Notes: a model not told the origin generated them from the letters alone. A DNA stretch of 33,906 nucleotides from Chlamydiales bacterium (GCA_021372185.1 JAJFUY010000239.1:1-33906); one strand, 5' to 3'. Positions 1 through 9,414 are shown, counted from the first letter of the stretch. Made by a program: numbers and translations.

Positions 1-740
1 CAAGAACCTATAATATTATTATTTCACCCACTGATAAAGCAATTCTAGGCACCGATTATGTAGTAAAAAACAACTACATTGGCACCAATATAAAAGGCAC
101 AAAAGGCTTTGGTGAGCGTAACGGCATAGGCGTGTGGGCATCTCAAACCACAGGGCTTACGATTGAAAATAATGTAATTTCAAGCAATGGCAAAGGAATT
201 GTCGTTGGCTCAAATGGCTTTGGCAGCCTTGCTTGCGACAACACCACGATCCAGCACAACATCATTGGATTGGATGCAACGGGCAAAAGCGGGCTTGGTA
301 ACGAGCTGCACGGAGTACTTGTAGCATTTGCCAAAAATACCCTGATTTCACACAACGTGATTTCTGATAATGGCGGCAACGGCATACAAACTGGAGTTGC
401 TGAGCATACTACAATTACTCACAACAACATTGGATCTGATAAAGAAGGCCGCCATAGAATTGGCAATGGCCATAATGGTATTCAGTTAGGCACACTTGTT
501 GCTGCAGGCATTCCTTCAAAAGATGATATTGTCCAAGACAACCTCATCGTAGGAAACCATGCCAACGGCGTAGAAGTGCGCTCACGTGCGACAAATGAAC
601 TTATTGATCACAACTGCATCATTAAGAACAAAGAAAATGGCGTTCAGGTTCTTTGCTCTGACGCCATTGTAACCAACAACACCATCAGAGATAACGGCCA
701 AAGCACCGTTGTCATTGCCGGCGTTGTCACAAGCCCGTAA
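1..740 (+). CDS. Right-handed parallel beta-helix (PbH1/NosD-like) repeat protein, C-terminal part; 5' end outside the window
   Basis: Frame 3 is open from nt 3 to the TAA at 738-740; the ORF track starts only at an internal GTG at 132. About 22-residue periodic repeats (N.I..N..GI.V, HN.I..N..NGIQ) are typical of PbH1 beta-helices. No GGA[ILV]/FxxN Pmp motifs and no C-terminal barrel. Confidence 0.7.
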   Translation, partial: RTYNIIISPTDKAILGTDYVVKNNYIGTNIKGTKGFGERNGIGVWASQTTGLTIENNVISSNGKGIVVGSNGFGSLACDNTTIQHNIIGLDATGKSGLGNELHGVLVAFAKNTLISHNVISDNGGNGIQTGVAEHTTITHNNIGSDKEGRHRIGNGHNGIQLGTLVAAGIPSKDDIVQDNLIVGNHANGVEVRSRATNELIDHNCIIKNKENGVQVLCSDAIVTNNTIRDNGQSTVVIAGVVTSP

Positions 741-755
741 TCCTTCCCCACCCTA

Positions 756-784
756 CCCCTGGTGTTCATTTTGAACACCAGGGG
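756..784. terminator. GC-rich 12-bp-stem hairpin between convergent genes; possible bidirectional terminator
   Basis: cccctggtgttc (756-767) pairs with gaacaccagggg (773-784) around a 5-nt loop. It lies between the stop at 740 (+) and the stop at 807 (-). There is no clear U-tract on either strand. Confidence 0.4.
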
Positions 785-806
785 TTAAAGGGGCCGGACT
801 TTGCAA

Positions 807-2027
807 TTACGCGATTTTTGTTATCACTTCTTTTGGAATAAAATACCTTTTTAACCCTTCCTTCCAAGGTATTGCGCGTACATGATCCCATTTTTTTTCA
901 AAAGGATCGTTTGAAAGGCAGATGGCTTCACAGTCCGGAAAATCTTTTGTGATATGCCAAAATGAGGTAATATCCTCTTTGCTGATGCTGGAAGTACTTT
1001 TAATCTCTATAAATAAAAAGGGTAGGCCTGGGCGTTCTACAACAAGATCAACTTCAACGTCATCTTTTGTTCGCAAATAACTAAAACGATATTCATCGAA
1101 AAAATAACTACTTAATTTCATGCATTCTAAAATTACAAAATGCTCAAAGGCATCACCATAGGCAGTGTTTCCAGGTATATATGGAATCGAAAGACGTCTA
1201 CTTAGGGAACGGGTCACGCCGGTATCAAAAAAATAAAACTTTGGCTTACTGCTTAATCTTTTACGGAATGAATGCTGAAAGCCGTTTAGTAAAAATCCTA
1301 ACATCGTATCTTCTAGAATGGTATAGTAATTTTCTACTGTTTTGTGCTCTACACCCACATCCTTAGCGATATTAGAGTAATTAATAATTTTTCCATTCAT
1401 CTGAGCTGCTACCTCAAGAAAGCGTCTGAATGGATCGAGTTCTCTAATGAATTGTTCTTCCCATACCTCTTCTTTGAGATAGGTGTGAGCGTAGGTTTGA
1501 AGGTATTTTTTACGATAATTGTCCTGTTTGTACTCTACAATTTTCGGTAGCATCCCCCACTGCAAGCGCTCTTCCAGAGAAGAATCTGCTTGCAATTCAT
1601 CTTGTAGTTCAAAAATACTCAAAGGATGAAGATGGTACACAAATGCACGCCCGGCAAGCATATTTGCGCTCCCTCTCTTAAGTTTACGAGCACTTGAGCC
1701 AGTTAAAATAAAACACTTATCCGTTGTTTCAATCAGTTGATGTACAACGTCTAGAAGTTTGGGGATTTTTTGAATTTCATCAATGATGATGTGTGTTTTT
1801 TCTTTAGGCAAAGCTAGTGTAATATCTTTTAGTTCATCTGGATTTCGTGAAAATTTATCTTCATATCTCGCTTCTAAAAGATCAAAAAAAACAGAATTCC
1901 GTCCATCGAATTGATTTTTAATAAGCGTACTTTTGCCCGCACCACGAGGTCCAAGCAGAAAAAAGCTATGATTTTTAGGTAACTGCAGTAATCGTTTAAG
2001 AAACATACCATCCTCCTGAGCCGCCAA
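807..2027 (-). CDS. AAA+ family ATPase (DUF4143-type ATP-binding protein)
   Basis: 406-aa ORF with Walker A GPRGAGKST and Walker B-like IIIDEIQ. Overall architecture matches the widespread AAA_14/DUF4143 ATPases. The true start may be the second Met (MFLKRLL). Confidence 0.8.
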   Translation of the reverse strand: MAAQEDGMFLKRLLQLPKNHSFFLLGPRGAGKSTLIKNQFDGRNSVFFDLLEARYEDKFSRNPDELKDITLALPKEKTHIIIDEIQKIPKLLDVVHQLIETTDKCFILTGSSARKLKRGSANMLAGRAFVYHLHPLSIFELQDELQADSSLEERLQWGMLPKIVEYKQDNYRKKYLQTYAHTYLKEEVWEEQFIRELDPFRRFLEVAAQMNGKIINYSNIAKDVGVEHKTVENYYTILEDTMLGFLLNGFQHSFRKRLSSKPKFYFFDTGVTRSLSRRLSIPYIPGNTAYGDAFEHFVILECMKLSSYFFDEYRFSYLRTKDDVEVDLVVERPGLPFLFIEIKSTSSISKEDITSFWHITKDFPDCEAICLSNDPFEKKWDHVRAIPWKEGLKRYFIPKEVITKIA

Positions 2028-2219
2028 ATTTATACCGTACTACCAAAATGTACGCCATTTTGGGAATATTGTCCAATAAAAGATGGTGTGTGGTAACAAA
2101 AATTCTTGAACTGCTTGGTAGTTATTAAAAGGATAAAACAAAGATTCCCTCAGAGAAATATGAATCACTGCTGCGAGCAAACTTAAACGACTTAAATCTC
2201 TTACGAGTGTAAAACGAAA

Positions 2220-2247
2220 CAGCCTCTCTCATTTTTGAGAGAGGCTG
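2220..2247 (-). terminator. Rho-independent terminator of the gnd/secreted-protein transcription unit
   Basis: cagcctctctca/tgagagaggctg forms a 12-bp stem with a 4-nt loop, starting 7 nt downstream of the stop at 2254. On the minus strand it is followed by tttcgtttt. Confidence 0.65.
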
Positions 2248-2253
2248 TGTTGT

Positions 2254-2868
2254 TTATTTGTCAGCTTTGAAGACTTCTTGGTAGTCGATGGCAAAGGCGG
2301 CAAAGACTTTGATGATGTCGGGGTGGATGGCTTGGTGGTCTTTTACGACTACGTCCCAGTAATCAATTTGGTCTGGGATGAAGTTGCGGGTGAGGGTGGC
2401 TATTGTCTGTGTCTCTTTGGCTGGGTTTTTGATGGTAAAGCCGGCGTTTGAGAGGTCTAAGTAGGCAATGCCTACCTTTTGGCCGTCGGCGTTATAGATG
2501 CTGTATTTGGCTGATGCGCTTGTTGCAAATTGGCCATCAATCATGCCAAGGTAGTTGTTGTTGGCATCGTATATGTCAAATTCTGCAGCCCATGTGCGAA
2601 AGAGGCCAAGAGAGAGTATACGCGAGATGCCTGTGGCAGTTTTATCGCCGTTTTCATCATACACATCGTAGGTGTCTCGTAGGTGCTTTAGAAGGCGTAA
2701 TGAGCTTTTAGTAACGTAGCCAAACTGTTCGTCATTTGAGTAAAACTCAAATTCTGTTGAAAAGCGATAGTCTCTTTGGTGTACTGCAAAGGCTAATTTA
2801 TTATCTACGGCAGCATCTGCACCTGTATGAGCTATAAGGCATACGAGTAAGAGAAATAGTTTTTTCAT
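2254..2868 (-). CDS. Secreted hypothetical protein, possibly tubby-like/LURP-one-related (DUF567) beta-barrel
   Basis: The N-terminal signal peptide is MKKLFLLLVCLIAHTGADA. Repeated beta-hairpin-like units are present (YDVYDENGDKTATG, FDIYDANNNYLGMIDG, YSIYNADGQKVGIAY). The start codon overlaps the gnd stop by 1 nt (TAATG). Confidence 0.65.
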   Translation of the reverse strand: MKKLFLLLVCLIAHTGADAAVDNKLAFAVHQRDYRFSTEFEFYSNDEQFGYVTKSSLRLLKHLRDTYDVYDENGDKTATGISRILSLGLFRTWAAEFDIYDANNNYLGMIDGQFATSASAKYSIYNADGQKVGIAYLDLSNAGFTIKNPAKETQTIATLTRNFIPDQIDYWDVVVKDHQAIHPDIIKVFAAFAIDYQEVFKADK

Positions 2869-4283
2869 TATTGCATCCAGTTTGTGTGGATAAATTCGCC
2901 ACGTGGTTTGTCTATACGCTCATAGGTATGGGCGCCAAAGAAGTCGCGCTGGGCTTGGATCAAGTTAGCAGGTAGGCGTGCACTTCTATAGCCATCAAAA
3001 AAGGCGAGGGCCGTTGAAATACATGGCGTTGGTATGCCGCACTCAGCTGATAGCGATACAATTTTTCTCCAGCCTTTTTGGGCGTTTGAGAGCTCTTGTA
3101 CAAAGTAAGGTGCAAGTAACAGCGACTGAAGATTTGGGTTTTGCTCATACGCTTCTTTAATTTTACCTAAGAAGGCAGAACGAATAATGCAGCCGCCTCT
3201 CCACATGAGGGCAATAGCGCCAAAGTTTAGCTTCCAGCCATATTCTTTTGCCGCTTCTCGCATGAGTAAAAAGCCTTGGGCGTAGCTGATGATTTTTGAG
3301 GCATAAAGCGCCTGTTCAAGGGCTGCAACACACTCTTCTTTTTTCATTGATACGGGTGATACATCGCCTTTTAAAAGAGTGCTTGCCTGCTTTCTTTCAT
3401 CAAGCATAGAGCTTAAGAATCTGGCAAAAACAGCTTCACCAATAAGCGTCAGTGGCATGCCCATGTTAAGGGCATCAATTGCTGTCCATTTGCCGGTGCC
3501 TTTTTGGCCCGCTACATCTAAGATTTTATCGACAAGAGGGGAGCCATCAGTATCTTTGGCTTTAAATACTTGAGCTGTAATTTCAATTAAGTAGCTATCA
3601 AGTTTGCCCTTATTCCAGTTTGAAAAAATCGTCTGGAGCTCATCACTTGAGGCAGTAAAGCCGCGCTTCATCAGGTCATACGTCTCAGAAATAAGCTGCA
3701 TATCGCCATATTCAATGCCATTGTGCACCATCTTTACATAGTGGCCAGCGCCATCTTCTCCCACCCAGTCACAGCAGGCCTCGCCATTTACTTTTGCAGC
3801 AATAGCCTGGAAGATAGGCTTAACAGCAGGCCATGCTTCAACACTGCCACCTGGCATGATAGAGGGGCCAAAGCGTGCGCCTTCTTCACCGCCTGATATG
3901 CCAACACCTAAAAAGTGAAAGCCTTTGTCTTTTAATTCTTTTGTGCGGCGGTTGGTGTCAAAGAAGTTGCTGTTGCCTCCGTCGATGATAATGTCGCCCG
4001 GTTCCATAAACGGTAAGCACTGGTTGATTAAGTCATCAACAGGAGCGCCTGCTTTTACCATGAACATCACGCGGCGTGGGCGCTTGAGGGTCTTAAAAAA
4101 CTCTTGCATGCTGTGTGTGCCGACGATGCTTTTGCCTTTAGCCTCAGCTGCCATAAATTCATCAACTTTAGATGTCGTGCGGTTAAAGACGGCTACAGTA
4201 AAGCCATGATCTGCCATGTTGAGTACGAGGTTTTGGCCCATAACGGCTAAACCAATCAGTCCAATATCAGCTTGTGGTTGCAT
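2868..4283 (-). CDS. gnd: 6-phosphogluconate dehydrogenase, decarboxylating
   Basis: 471 aa. N-terminal Rossmann motif IGLIGLAVMGQNLVLN and conserved MVHNGIEYGDMQLI and GTGKWT blocks, with full-length similarity to Gnd. Confidence 0.95.
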   Translation of the reverse strand: MQPQADIGLIGLAVMGQNLVLNMADHGFTVAVFNRTTSKVDEFMAAEAKGKSIVGTHSMQEFFKTLKRPRRVMFMVKAGAPVDDLINQCLPFMEPGDIIIDGGNSNFFDTNRRTKELKDKGFHFLGVGISGGEEGARFGPSIMPGGSVEAWPAVKPIFQAIAAKVNGEACCDWVGEDGAGHYVKMVHNGIEYGDMQLISETYDLMKRGFTASSDELQTIFSNWNKGKLDSYLIEITAQVFKAKDTDGSPLVDKILDVAGQKGTGKWTAIDALNMGMPLTLIGEAVFARFLSSMLDERKQASTLLKGDVSPVSMKKEECVAALEQALYASKIISYAQGFLLMREAAKEYGWKLNFGAIALMWRGGCIIRSAFLGKIKEAYEQNPNLQSLLLAPYFVQELSNAQKGWRKIVSLSAECGIPTPCISTALAFFDGYRSARLPANLIQAQRDFFGAHTYERIDKPRGEFIHTNWMQ

Positions 4284-4346
4284 ATGTATCTCCGGTAAAA
4301 GTTGTATCTAAAATACCTGAATGGCGCTCAAGAATAAAGCAAAAGT

Positions 4347-4419
4347 TGTCCCTGGCGCGAATTGAACGCGCGACCTGACGCTTAGGAGGCGTCCGCTCTA
4401 TCCACTGAGCTACAGGAAC
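4347..4419 (-). tRNA. tRNA-Arg (anticodon CCT)
   Basis: The minus-strand sequence is GTTCCTG-TA-GCTC-AGTGGATA-GAGC-G-GACGC-CTCCTAA-GCGTC-AGGTC-GCGCG-TTCAATT-CGCGC-CAGGGAC-A. This folds as a canonical cloverleaf. CCA is not encoded. Confidence 0.9.
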
Positions 4420-4449
4420 AATAAGAATTTTAGGGCGCTTTCACCAATC

Positions 4450-4510
4450 TTTTCGTTTTTTCATAAACCCCCTAATCGAGTGAGTATGTGGGTTTATGAA
4501 AAAACGAAAA
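4450..4510. repeat. Perfect 21-bp-stem hairpin between plsC and tRNA-Arg; its right arm is part of a 51-nt repeat also found at 30641-30691
   Basis: ttttcgttttttcataaaccc (4450-4470) is the exact reverse complement of gggtttatgaaaaaacgaaaa (4490-4510), with a 19-nt loop. Confidence 0.7.
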
Positions 4511-4540
4511 TCTTAGCAAAATCGCCCAAAAATTCTCAAG

Positions 4541-5170
4541 CTATCGAGGTTTTAAAAATTCATTCTTTAAGTTTATTATATCAGCATGAAGTCGCGCAGC
4601 AATTTGTAGTGAAAGCGTTTTGGGGTCAGTTTCTTCAAAATCTGATAAGTAAATGGGTTTGCCGAATACGCAGGCTGTTTTGGCAGCAAAAAGTTTTGGG
4701 TATTTTCTGCCTTTTGGCCACGCTTTATTGCTGTTATGGATATAGGTGGGGATGATGGCAGCACCAGATTTACGAGCGAGCATGCCAATACCTTGCTTAA
4801 ATTGGCCAAGTTCGCCGTCAGTGCTTCGTGTTCCTTCAGGAAATATAAGAATTTTTTTGCCTTCAGCAAGTAAGCGGCAGGCAAGCTTGAGTGAGCTTGT
4901 GTCGTTTGCTCCCGTAAGTGGATGGGCATTGAGGCCGGTAATAAGTGGCTTTAGTAATTTGACATCAAAGAGTGTTTTACGAGCCAAAAAGTGAATAGGT
5001 TCTGGCCATGAGATGGCCACAAGTGGTGGATCAAGAAATGAGGCATGGTTTGCAGCAATAATCGCGCCTTCTGGATAGACAACGCCTTCAGGTAGTATGA
5101 CTTCGTGGCCGTAGGCTATCTTAAAGAGGCCTTTTAAAGAGGCGCGCGATAGTGTGTAAAAAAAGCTCAT
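4541..5170 (-). CDS. plsC: 1-acyl-sn-glycerol-3-phosphate acyltransferase
   Basis: The acyltransferase motifs NHASFLD (H-x4-D) and FPEGTRS are present. It overlaps cmk by 4 nt. Confidence 0.88.
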   Translation of the reverse strand: MSFFYTLSRASLKGLFKIAYGHEVILPEGVVYPEGAIIAANHASFLDPPLVAISWPEPIHFLARKTLFDVKLLKPLITGLNAHPLTGANDTSSLKLACRLLAEGKKILIFPEGTRSTDGELGQFKQGIGMLARKSGAAIIPTYIHNSNKAWPKGRKYPKLFAAKTACVFGKPIYLSDFEETDPKTLSLQIAARLHADIINLKNEFLKPR

Positions 5171-5871
5171 GGATTAAGAGGCTTGTCTTGAAGTTCTTTT
5201 GTAATATTCACAATCTGGTTTACTACTTCATCACATGTAAGAGCTGAGGTGTCGATGATGATGGAATCAGCTGCTGGCTTCATAGGCGATAAATCGCGGC
5301 TGGCGTCATATTTATCACGTCTATCAATGTCAGCTAAGATTGAATCTAAGGTAATAGTGATATTGCCGGGGTCTTTTGCTATAAGTTCGTTATAGCGCCT
5401 TTTAGCTCGTACCTCAAGGGATGCTGTAAGAAATATCTTTACGTCGGCATCAGGAAATACCACTGTGCCCATATCTCGGCCTTCAAAGACTGCATTTACA
5501 TCTTTAGAAAGTGAGCGCTGGATAGATACAAGTGTGTTTCGGACAGATGACATGGAAGCAACTTTAGACACAAAGTCAGTGACTTCTTTTGTGTAAATTT
5601 CGCCAGAGACATCTTCTGAACCTAAGAAATAGTGTTTTTCATTAAAGCGGCTTTCAATGCGAACTGGATGAGCCAGTAAAAATGCATCGAGTGCCTCTTT
5701 ATTATCAGGATCTACTTTGTATTTAATGAGTCCGTACGTCACTGTGCGGTACATGGCGCCAGTGTTAAAAAAGGTAAATCCAAGCTCTTCGCTTAAATTT
5801 TTTGCGACAGTAGTTTTGCCAGTTCCGGCAGGCCCATCAAGTGTAATAATCATAAACGGCTCCTCAGCCAA
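5167..5871 (-). CDS. cmk: Cytidylate kinase
   Basis: P-loop ITLDGPAGTGKTT and full-length Cmk-like sequence. An alternative start at MIITLDG (5853) would abut rather than overlap cdsA. Confidence 0.9.
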   Translation of the reverse strand: MAEEPFMIITLDGPAGTGKTTVAKNLSEELGFTFFNTGAMYRTVTYGLIKYKVDPDNKEALDAFLLAHPVRIESRFNEKHYFLGSEDVSGEIYTKEVTDFVSKVASMSSVRNTLVSIQRSLSKDVNAVFEGRDMGTVVFPDADVKIFLTASLEVRAKRRYNELIAKDPGNITITLDSILADIDRRDKYDASRDLSPMKPAADSIIIDTSALTCDEVVNQIVNITKELQDKPLNP

Positions 5872-6689
5872 AGGTAAAGAAGGGGAGTTGTAAAAATTAG
5901 AGAGTCAACAACATCCAGCATGCCACCAAAACCAGGAAGTTTGCTTGAGTCTTTTACTTGGGCATCGCGCTTGATTAAAGATTCAGCTAAATCGCCAATT
6001 TGTGAGACTACTCCAATGGCAATACCAAGCAATAGACCTTCGGTAAGTGTGATACCTAATGAGCTAAAGTCATCGCGTGTCTGAAAGTAGGCAAAAAAGG
6101 CAACGCTTGTTGCAATGCTGCCCAAAAGACCGCCAATGGCCCCTTCTACAGTCTTTTTAGGGGAGAGCTTTGGGGCAAGCAGATGCTTTCCTGCGAGCTT
6201 TCCTGCAATGTAGGCTGTGGTGTCAGCCATTTTTGTTGTAACCAATAAGTAGACAAACCAGGCCGAGGAGCCCATAAAGTTCACGTCGAGTAGAAAACTT
6301 AAAGGTAGCGTGATATAGGCTATACCAAAAACGGTTACGGCTAGATTGCCAATAGAGTTTTGATACTTGGCAAAGTGCGCAATACATGTGCACGCTGTAA
6401 AGAGAAACAAAAATGGCAACGCAAGTGATTGAAGGCCGAGTGCATAGTACACAAAGTAGTAGCCAATAGACAAAGTAACTGGCAGCTTGATAAGCGGCTC
6501 GAAGCCTTTATTTGTGCTCAGCGTATAGTACTCATAAAGGGCAGCGCCTTGTGATAGGGCTATTGTGAGCACAAAGAGGTAATCAAGTGGGCTTGTGTGA
6601 GAAAAGTATATGACGAAAGCTGAATACGCAATACCAATAAAGCTCATAAGCGAGCGCTGCTGAAAGTTGTTAAGACCAGAGATGTTCAT
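5850..6689 (-). CDS. cdsA: Phosphatidate cytidylyltransferase (CDP-diglyceride synthase)
   Basis: Polytopic membrane protein with the C-terminal CdsA signature SLIKRDAQVKDSSKLPGFGGMLDVVDS (compare KR..gvKD.g..iPGHGG.lDR.D). Confidence 0.9.
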   Translation of the reverse strand: MNISGLNNFQQRSLMSFIGIAYSAFVIYFSHTSPLDYLFVLTIALSQGAALYEYYTLSTNKGFEPLIKLPVTLSIGYYFVYYALGLQSLALPFLFLFTACTCIAHFAKYQNSIGNLAVTVFGIAYITLPLSFLLDVNFMGSSAWFVYLLVTTKMADTTAYIAGKLAGKHLLAPKLSPKKTVEGAIGGLLGSIATSVAFFAYFQTRDDFSSLGITLTEGLLLGIAIGVVSQIGDLAESLIKRDAQVKDSSKLPGFGGMLDVVDSLIFTTPLLYLWLRSRL

Positions 6690-6691
6690 TT

Positions 6692-7447
6692 CTATGTACG
6701 TCCTCCCAGACGTCGTTCTCGTGTTTGATAATCACGTACAGCCTGTAATAGGTGTTTATGGCTAAATTCAGGCCATGCAATGCTTTCTATATACACCTCG
6801 GCATACGAGCTTTGCCAGAGCAAAAAGTTACTCAGGCGTCTTTCACCGCTTGTACGAATGAGAAGATCGGGATCTTGCCATTTTGAGGTATCTAGGTGTT
6901 CAGAAATCATTTTTTCTGTGATAAGTTTGGGGTCAATGTTCTTGGCAAGGATTTTGGCTACAGCGCGGACAATCTCGTCTCTTCCGCCATAGTTTATGCC
7001 AAGGACTAAGTCAAATTCTGTACAGTTTTTTGTAGCAAGCATTGTGTCATCGAGTATTGCTTTTACACCTGAGGGGATTTGGTCGAGGTTGCCAATGGCG
7101 CTTAAGCGGATATTTTCTTCGACAAGCTTTTGCTGGTACGCGGCAAGGTAGCTCAAAGTTAACTGCATGAGGCTTTGTACTTCAAGGGGTGAGCGTTTCC
7201 AGTTTTCTGTAGAAAAGGCATAGAGGGTAATTACTTTGACGCCAAGCTCTTTTGCAGCACGCACTATATGTACAACCTGCTCATAGCCTGCCTGGTGGCC
7301 TTTAATCATAGGGAGCATATTGCTTTCAGCCCACCGTCTATTGCCGTCTGGGATAATGGCTATGTGGTGGGGGATGTGTTTAGGATCCAGAAGTGCCAGT
7401 TCTTGGGGTGAAAAAACAGGGTCAATTACAGACCTATTTACGGCCAT
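6692..7447 (-). CDS. uppS: Isoprenyl transferase (undecaprenyl-diphosphate synthase)
   Basis: HIAIIPDGNRRWA, FSTENWKRS and RTSGERRLSNFLLWQSSYAE are hallmark cis-prenyltransferase motifs. Confidence 0.95.
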   Translation of the reverse strand: MAVNRSVIDPVFSPQELALLDPKHIPHHIAIIPDGNRRWAESNMLPMIKGHQAGYEQVVHIVRAAKELGVKVITLYAFSTENWKRSPLEVQSLMQLTLSYLAAYQQKLVEENIRLSAIGNLDQIPSGVKAILDDTMLATKNCTEFDLVLGINYGGRDEIVRAVAKILAKNIDPKLITEKMISEHLDTSKWQDPDLLIRTSGERRLSNFLLWQSSYAEVYIESIAWPEFSHKHLLQAVRDYQTRERRLGGRT

Positions 7448-7449
7448 TT

Positions 7450-9267
7450 TTACGAGCTACCTTCTGAGAGTTTTAAAACAGACATAAAGGCAGATTGGGG
7501 GATATTTACCTTACCAATTTCCTTCATGCGTTTTTTACCTTCTTTTTGCTTTTCCCAAAGTTTTTTCTTACGCGTAATATCACCGCCATAGCATTTGGCA
7601 GTAACGTTTTTGGTAATAGCGCGGATTGTTTCTCGAGCGACTACTTTTCCGCCGATTGCAGCTTGTATTGGTACGCGGAAGAGCTGCTGTGGGATCACTT
7701 CTGCTAGTTTTTCGCAGATAGCACGGCCGCGGCTTTCGGCTTTAGAGCGGTGTATAAGGCAGCTGAAGGCATCTACTGGCTCTTCGTTTACACGAATTTC
7801 TAGTTTGATGATGTCGCCATCTTCATAGCCATCAAATTCATAGTCAAATGAGGCATAGCCTTTACTTACAGATTTTAGTCTGTCGGCAAAGTCGGTTACA
7901 ATTTCGTTTAATGGCAGCTTGTAGGTAACCATGAGGCGTTTTGGATCAAGTGTTTCCATCTTGACACAAGTGCCGCGCTTTTCCATTGCCAAGTTCATAA
8001 CGGCGCCTAAGTAGTCTGCCGGCACGATGATGTGTGATTTTACCCAAGGCTCTTCTACCCAGCTGATGTGAGACGGGTCAGGATAGTGGGCAGGGTTATC
8101 AATCTGTACTACAGAGTTATCATTTAAGATGAACTTATAGATAACGCTAGGGGATGTTGTGATGATATCTAAGTTAAATTCACGGCTAATACGCTCTACA
8201 ACAATTTCTAGGTGTAAAAGTCCTAAGAAGCCGCAACGGAAGCCAAAGCCAAGTGCCGTACTACTTTCTTGCTCAAGGTGAAGCCCAGAGTCATTTAGCT
8301 GCAATTTGGCTAGTGCATCTCTAAGTGGTTCAAAGTCGGTAGAATCCATAGGATAGATACCGGCAAAAACGACAGGATTTTTTACTTCAAAACCAGGTAG
8401 GGGCTCTTTTACAGGAAATTTAAGAAGCGTAACTGTATCGCCAACTCGTACATCTTTTGGATTTTTGATGTTCGCCACAAAATAGCCCACTTCTCCGGTG
8501 CGAAGAGCGTCTACAGGCTTTTGCTGGGGCGAAAAGATGCCAACTTCGTTAATTTCGTATGATTTACCCGTGCCCATTAGCAAAATTTCTGATCCGCGCT
8601 TCATTTCACCTGATAATATGCGAATATAGACCATGATCCCGCGGAAGTTATCAAAGTGAGAGTCAAAGACTAAGGCTTTAAGAAGGTTGTCTGTACTTTG
8701 TTCTGGAGCTGGTATGTGGGTTACTACACGCTCGAGAATGTCTTCAATGCCAATACCAGTTTTAGCAGAACAGGTAATGGCTTCTTCTGGAGATACTGCA
8801 AGGGCTTCTTCTAGCTGCTGTAATACAGAAGGAAGGTCAGCTGTTGGCAGGTCAATTTTGTTGATGACGGGGATGATGGCAAGGTTTCTTTCTAGTGCTA
8901 GGTGCATGTTAGCCAAACTTTGGGCTTGGAGACCTTGGCCTGCATCTACTACTAAAAGAGCGCCTTCACAGGCGGCTAGTGACCGGGATACTTAATAGGT
9001 AAAGTCCACGTGGCCGGGTGTGTCAATCAGGTTCATCTGATACTTTTGGCCATCTTTTGCTGTATAGTACATGGTAACAGGGTGAGCTTTAATGGTAATA
9101 CCGCGCTCGCGCTCGAGGTCCATGCCGTCTAAAACCTGCTCTTGCATATCACGTTTTGATATGGTGCCGGTGAATTCTAAAAATCTATCTGCCAGAGTCG
9201 ATTTGCCGTGGTCGATGTGGGCAATGATAGAGAAATTTCTTATATGTTTTGTGTCATGTGTAGTCAT
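7450..9267 (-). pseudogene. lepA: Elongation factor 4 (LepA) interrupted by one in-frame TAA (8992-8994)
   Basis: ORFs 8992-9267 and 7450-8916 are in the same frame. Reading through gives [44 protein letters not shown], where the LepA consensus has Glu at the stop (GAA to TAA). The rest is a full-length LepA of about 604 aa. Confidence 0.85.
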
Positions 9268-9385
9268 AGCCAGGCAGTATACCTAAATTCACAGGTAATT
9301 TGCATTAACTAAAAATTGCCTGCATTCGTAACATATTAATTATAAATAAGTTAAAGTTTTGTAAATGTTTTATTAAAGTTTAAAT

Positions 9386-9414
9386 TTGAACTTAAATTTC
9401 AGAAGGCGTAAGAT
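9386..9414 (+). promoter_or_regulatory. Candidate sigma-70-like promoter of the T3S chaperone unit
   Basis: TTGAAC (9386-9391), a 17-nt spacer, then TAAGAT (9409-9414), about 85 nt upstream of the ATG at 9501. Assigned by sequence pattern only. Confidence 0.3.

Noticed and set aside
1-740. Chlamydial polymorphic membrane protein (Pmp autotransporter)
   Set aside because: Beta-helix repeats are present, but there are no GGA[ILV]/FxxN tetrapeptides. The ORF also ends without an autotransporter beta-barrel domain.
4480-4755. 91-aa plus-strand ORF
   Set aside because: It starts inside the 21-bp hairpin/51-nt repeat and runs antisense through plsC, which has clear acyltransferase motifs on the other strand.
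8992-8994. Alternative genetic code or TAA recoding
   Set aside because: TAA is used as the normal stop of several well-defined genes in this window, including gnd, lepA itself and the first CDS. Only this one internal case exists.
7450-9267. lepA split into two genes by a frameshift, or two separate GTPase genes
   Set aside because: Both ORFs are in the same frame. The gap (8917-8991) translates into the conserved [20 protein letters not shown] block. The only lesion is one TAA codon.
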